Part shown: positions 62,068 through 64,000 of the stretch, in pieces
Position numbering within the stretch: position 1 is the stretch's first letter
Layout: each line of letters starts with the position of its first letter
Origin: Octopus sinensis
Lineage: Eukaryota
DNA length: 64,000 nt
Reading direction: 5' to 3'
Assembly: GCF_006345805.1 (NCBI RefSeq)
Contig: NC_043001.1
Coordinates: forward strand, 83,700,001 to 83,764,000
Translations under genes and position numbers: made by a program
Notes under the pieces: model-generated
Databases searched by the model: none
Seen by the model: only the letters and a program-made list of their open reading frames with translations
What the model was told of the DNA's origin: nothing

Positions 62068-63480
62068 GCATACATACCGATCTACCTACCTACCTACCTA
62101 CCTATTTTACCTACCTGCCCTTGTCTCTCTATCCACCTATCTACTCACAAAGTCAGCACCCTTTTCACCTCACCTACCAACCCCCCTGCGCCTACCTATC
62201 TATCTATCTACAACTGCACCAATCTACCACACCACCTACCTACCTACCTATCTACCTACCTACCTACCTACCTACCTACCTACCTACCTACCTACCTACC
62301 TACCCACCTACCTACATACCTACCCACCTACCTATCTATCTATTTGTTTACCTCTCTATCTTACCTCTCTACCCACTTATGCCTACCACCCTTTTCATTT
62401 TACTCATAACAGTCCATCTATTCCTACCCACCTAACTACCTATCTGTCTACCTGCCTATCTTTCTACCTACCTACCTACCTACCTACCTACCCAGCAAAC
62501 CATCCATTTAGCCGTCAAGGCCTGCATGCATTGCTCTGTCTACCTGTCCATCAGTCTACCTGTCTGTCTGTGTGTATCTAGGTATGGTGCAGTAACAAAA
62601 GTATCGATCGCAGTCGATGAAAGATCAATCACCCGCTTTAGTATCTGGTGTCCCTAACGTGGCAAACACTCGTCAGAAAGCGATTAACTGATCGAATGCC
62701 GACCGATCTATCTAATTACTAATGCACGCACATCTGTTTCACGTACAGCACCGCTACAATAAGCACCACCACTAACACCACCACCACCACCACCACCACC
62801 GCCGCCGCCACCATCACCGCCGCCGCCGACGCGACCAGCTACAGCCAACAGCACCACCACCACCACCACCACCACCACCACCAACGCCGCCGCCGCTATC
62901 TCATCCGTCGTAATCATCATCCCCGTCATCACAATCTACATTTACTGCAGTCGCCACTACCGCCACCACCGCCACCACCGCCACGAGCGCCACCACCACC
63001 ACTACCGCCGCCACGAGCGCTACCGCCGCCGCCGCCATCATCATCATCATTAGCTTCCACTGTCCTAGAGCTGCTACCTGACGCTTACACAGCAGAACCA
63101 CCTGTCGCCAGCACCGCCACCACAACTAACACCAGATGCCGCCAGCATCGCTGCTGCAATCACAACACCAAACACTACGACAACGACGACCACCACCACG
63201 ACGATCACGACAGCTGTTGCTGCTGCTGCTGCTACTTTCACCACCACCACCACCACCACCAACAACAAAAACAACACCCCACCACCATCATCACTCATTT
63301 GTAGTGCAGCAAATGCCACTACAATACACCACTACGACCACGACCACCGCCATCACCGCCACCACCACCACCACCACACCACCACCACCACCATCACCAC
63401 CACCATCACCATAATGATCTTCGCCGCCGCCGTCATCACCACCACCACGATAATCATCGCCGCCGCCGCCGCCGCCACAT
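61960..63480. repeat. (CTAT)n/(CTAC)n and (CAC/CGC)n microsatellite block
   Basis: Direct reading of tetra- and trinucleotide arrays. Confidence 0.9.
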
Positions 63481-63859
63481 TGCAATTACTGCAGCTATGC
63501 ATCCAACTACCACCAGTTGGTATTGGCGGTTCATTGATCGATGGTGACTGGTGGTTAGAGGGAGTAGAAGTGAGAGGTGAGTCAGTGTGTTCGAATGAGA
63601 AGCATGCTAGAACTCACACACTAACATTCACAAACGCGCACATACGAGCACGCACTCACACTCACACACACATAGGCATGTCATGTTATATAAATCGTAC
63701 AGAAGTCGAGTGTGTGTGTGTGTGTGCTTGCGTTATACAGAAGCGTTTAAATATAGGTATATTGATAGATAGACACTAGACAAACAGATGATAGATACCT
63801 ATATGCATATATACACACACAAACATACATCTCACATGCAAGTAGATACTTTGATAAAC

Positions 63860-63916
<57 letters not shown>

Positions 63917-64000
63917 TAGATAGATAGGCAAATAGACAGACTGCCAAACAGATACATAGACAAATAGCTAGCTATATGGGTATATATTATATATATATAT

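Noticed and set aside
62708-63779. Poly-Ala/Gly/Val/Pro ORFs in a GC-rich island
   Set aside because: Trinucleotide microsatellite mosaic with no domain or convincing splice structure.

Overview
AT-rich, extremely repeat-dense animal genomic DNA. The SINE families and microsatellite load are those I associate with Octopus (cephalopod) genomes; this is recognised by eye, not by search. Only one intact protein-coding gene is supportable: a single-exon ALKBH1 (AlkB homolog 1) ORF at 27948-29096 (+). The rest is dozens of tRNA-derived SINE copies, LINE fragments (RTE, L1/Tx1-like, CR1/Jockey-like), internally deleted Tc1/mariner and hAT elements, MITEs, non-autonomous Helitron-like elements, a probable solo LTR and long microsatellites. 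Almost all other ORFs in the track are microsatellite or SINE artefacts. The most interesting signal is about ten type-I hammerhead-ribozyme folds in several distinct small elements, many embedded in (TA)n and often palindromic, as expected for Penelope-like-element (PLE) or retrozyme derivatives. They include a G3-C8 compensatory-core variant in a 205-bp element with a 12-bp TSD, a two-strand palindromic hammerhead, and a tRNA-headed (Pol III) element carrying a hammerhead. ALKBH1 is also bracketed by three different inverted-repeat elements with internal telomere-like TTAGGG repeats and by a 0.7-kb foldback. All folds were read manually; repeat boundaries are approximate unless a TSD or TIR is quoted.
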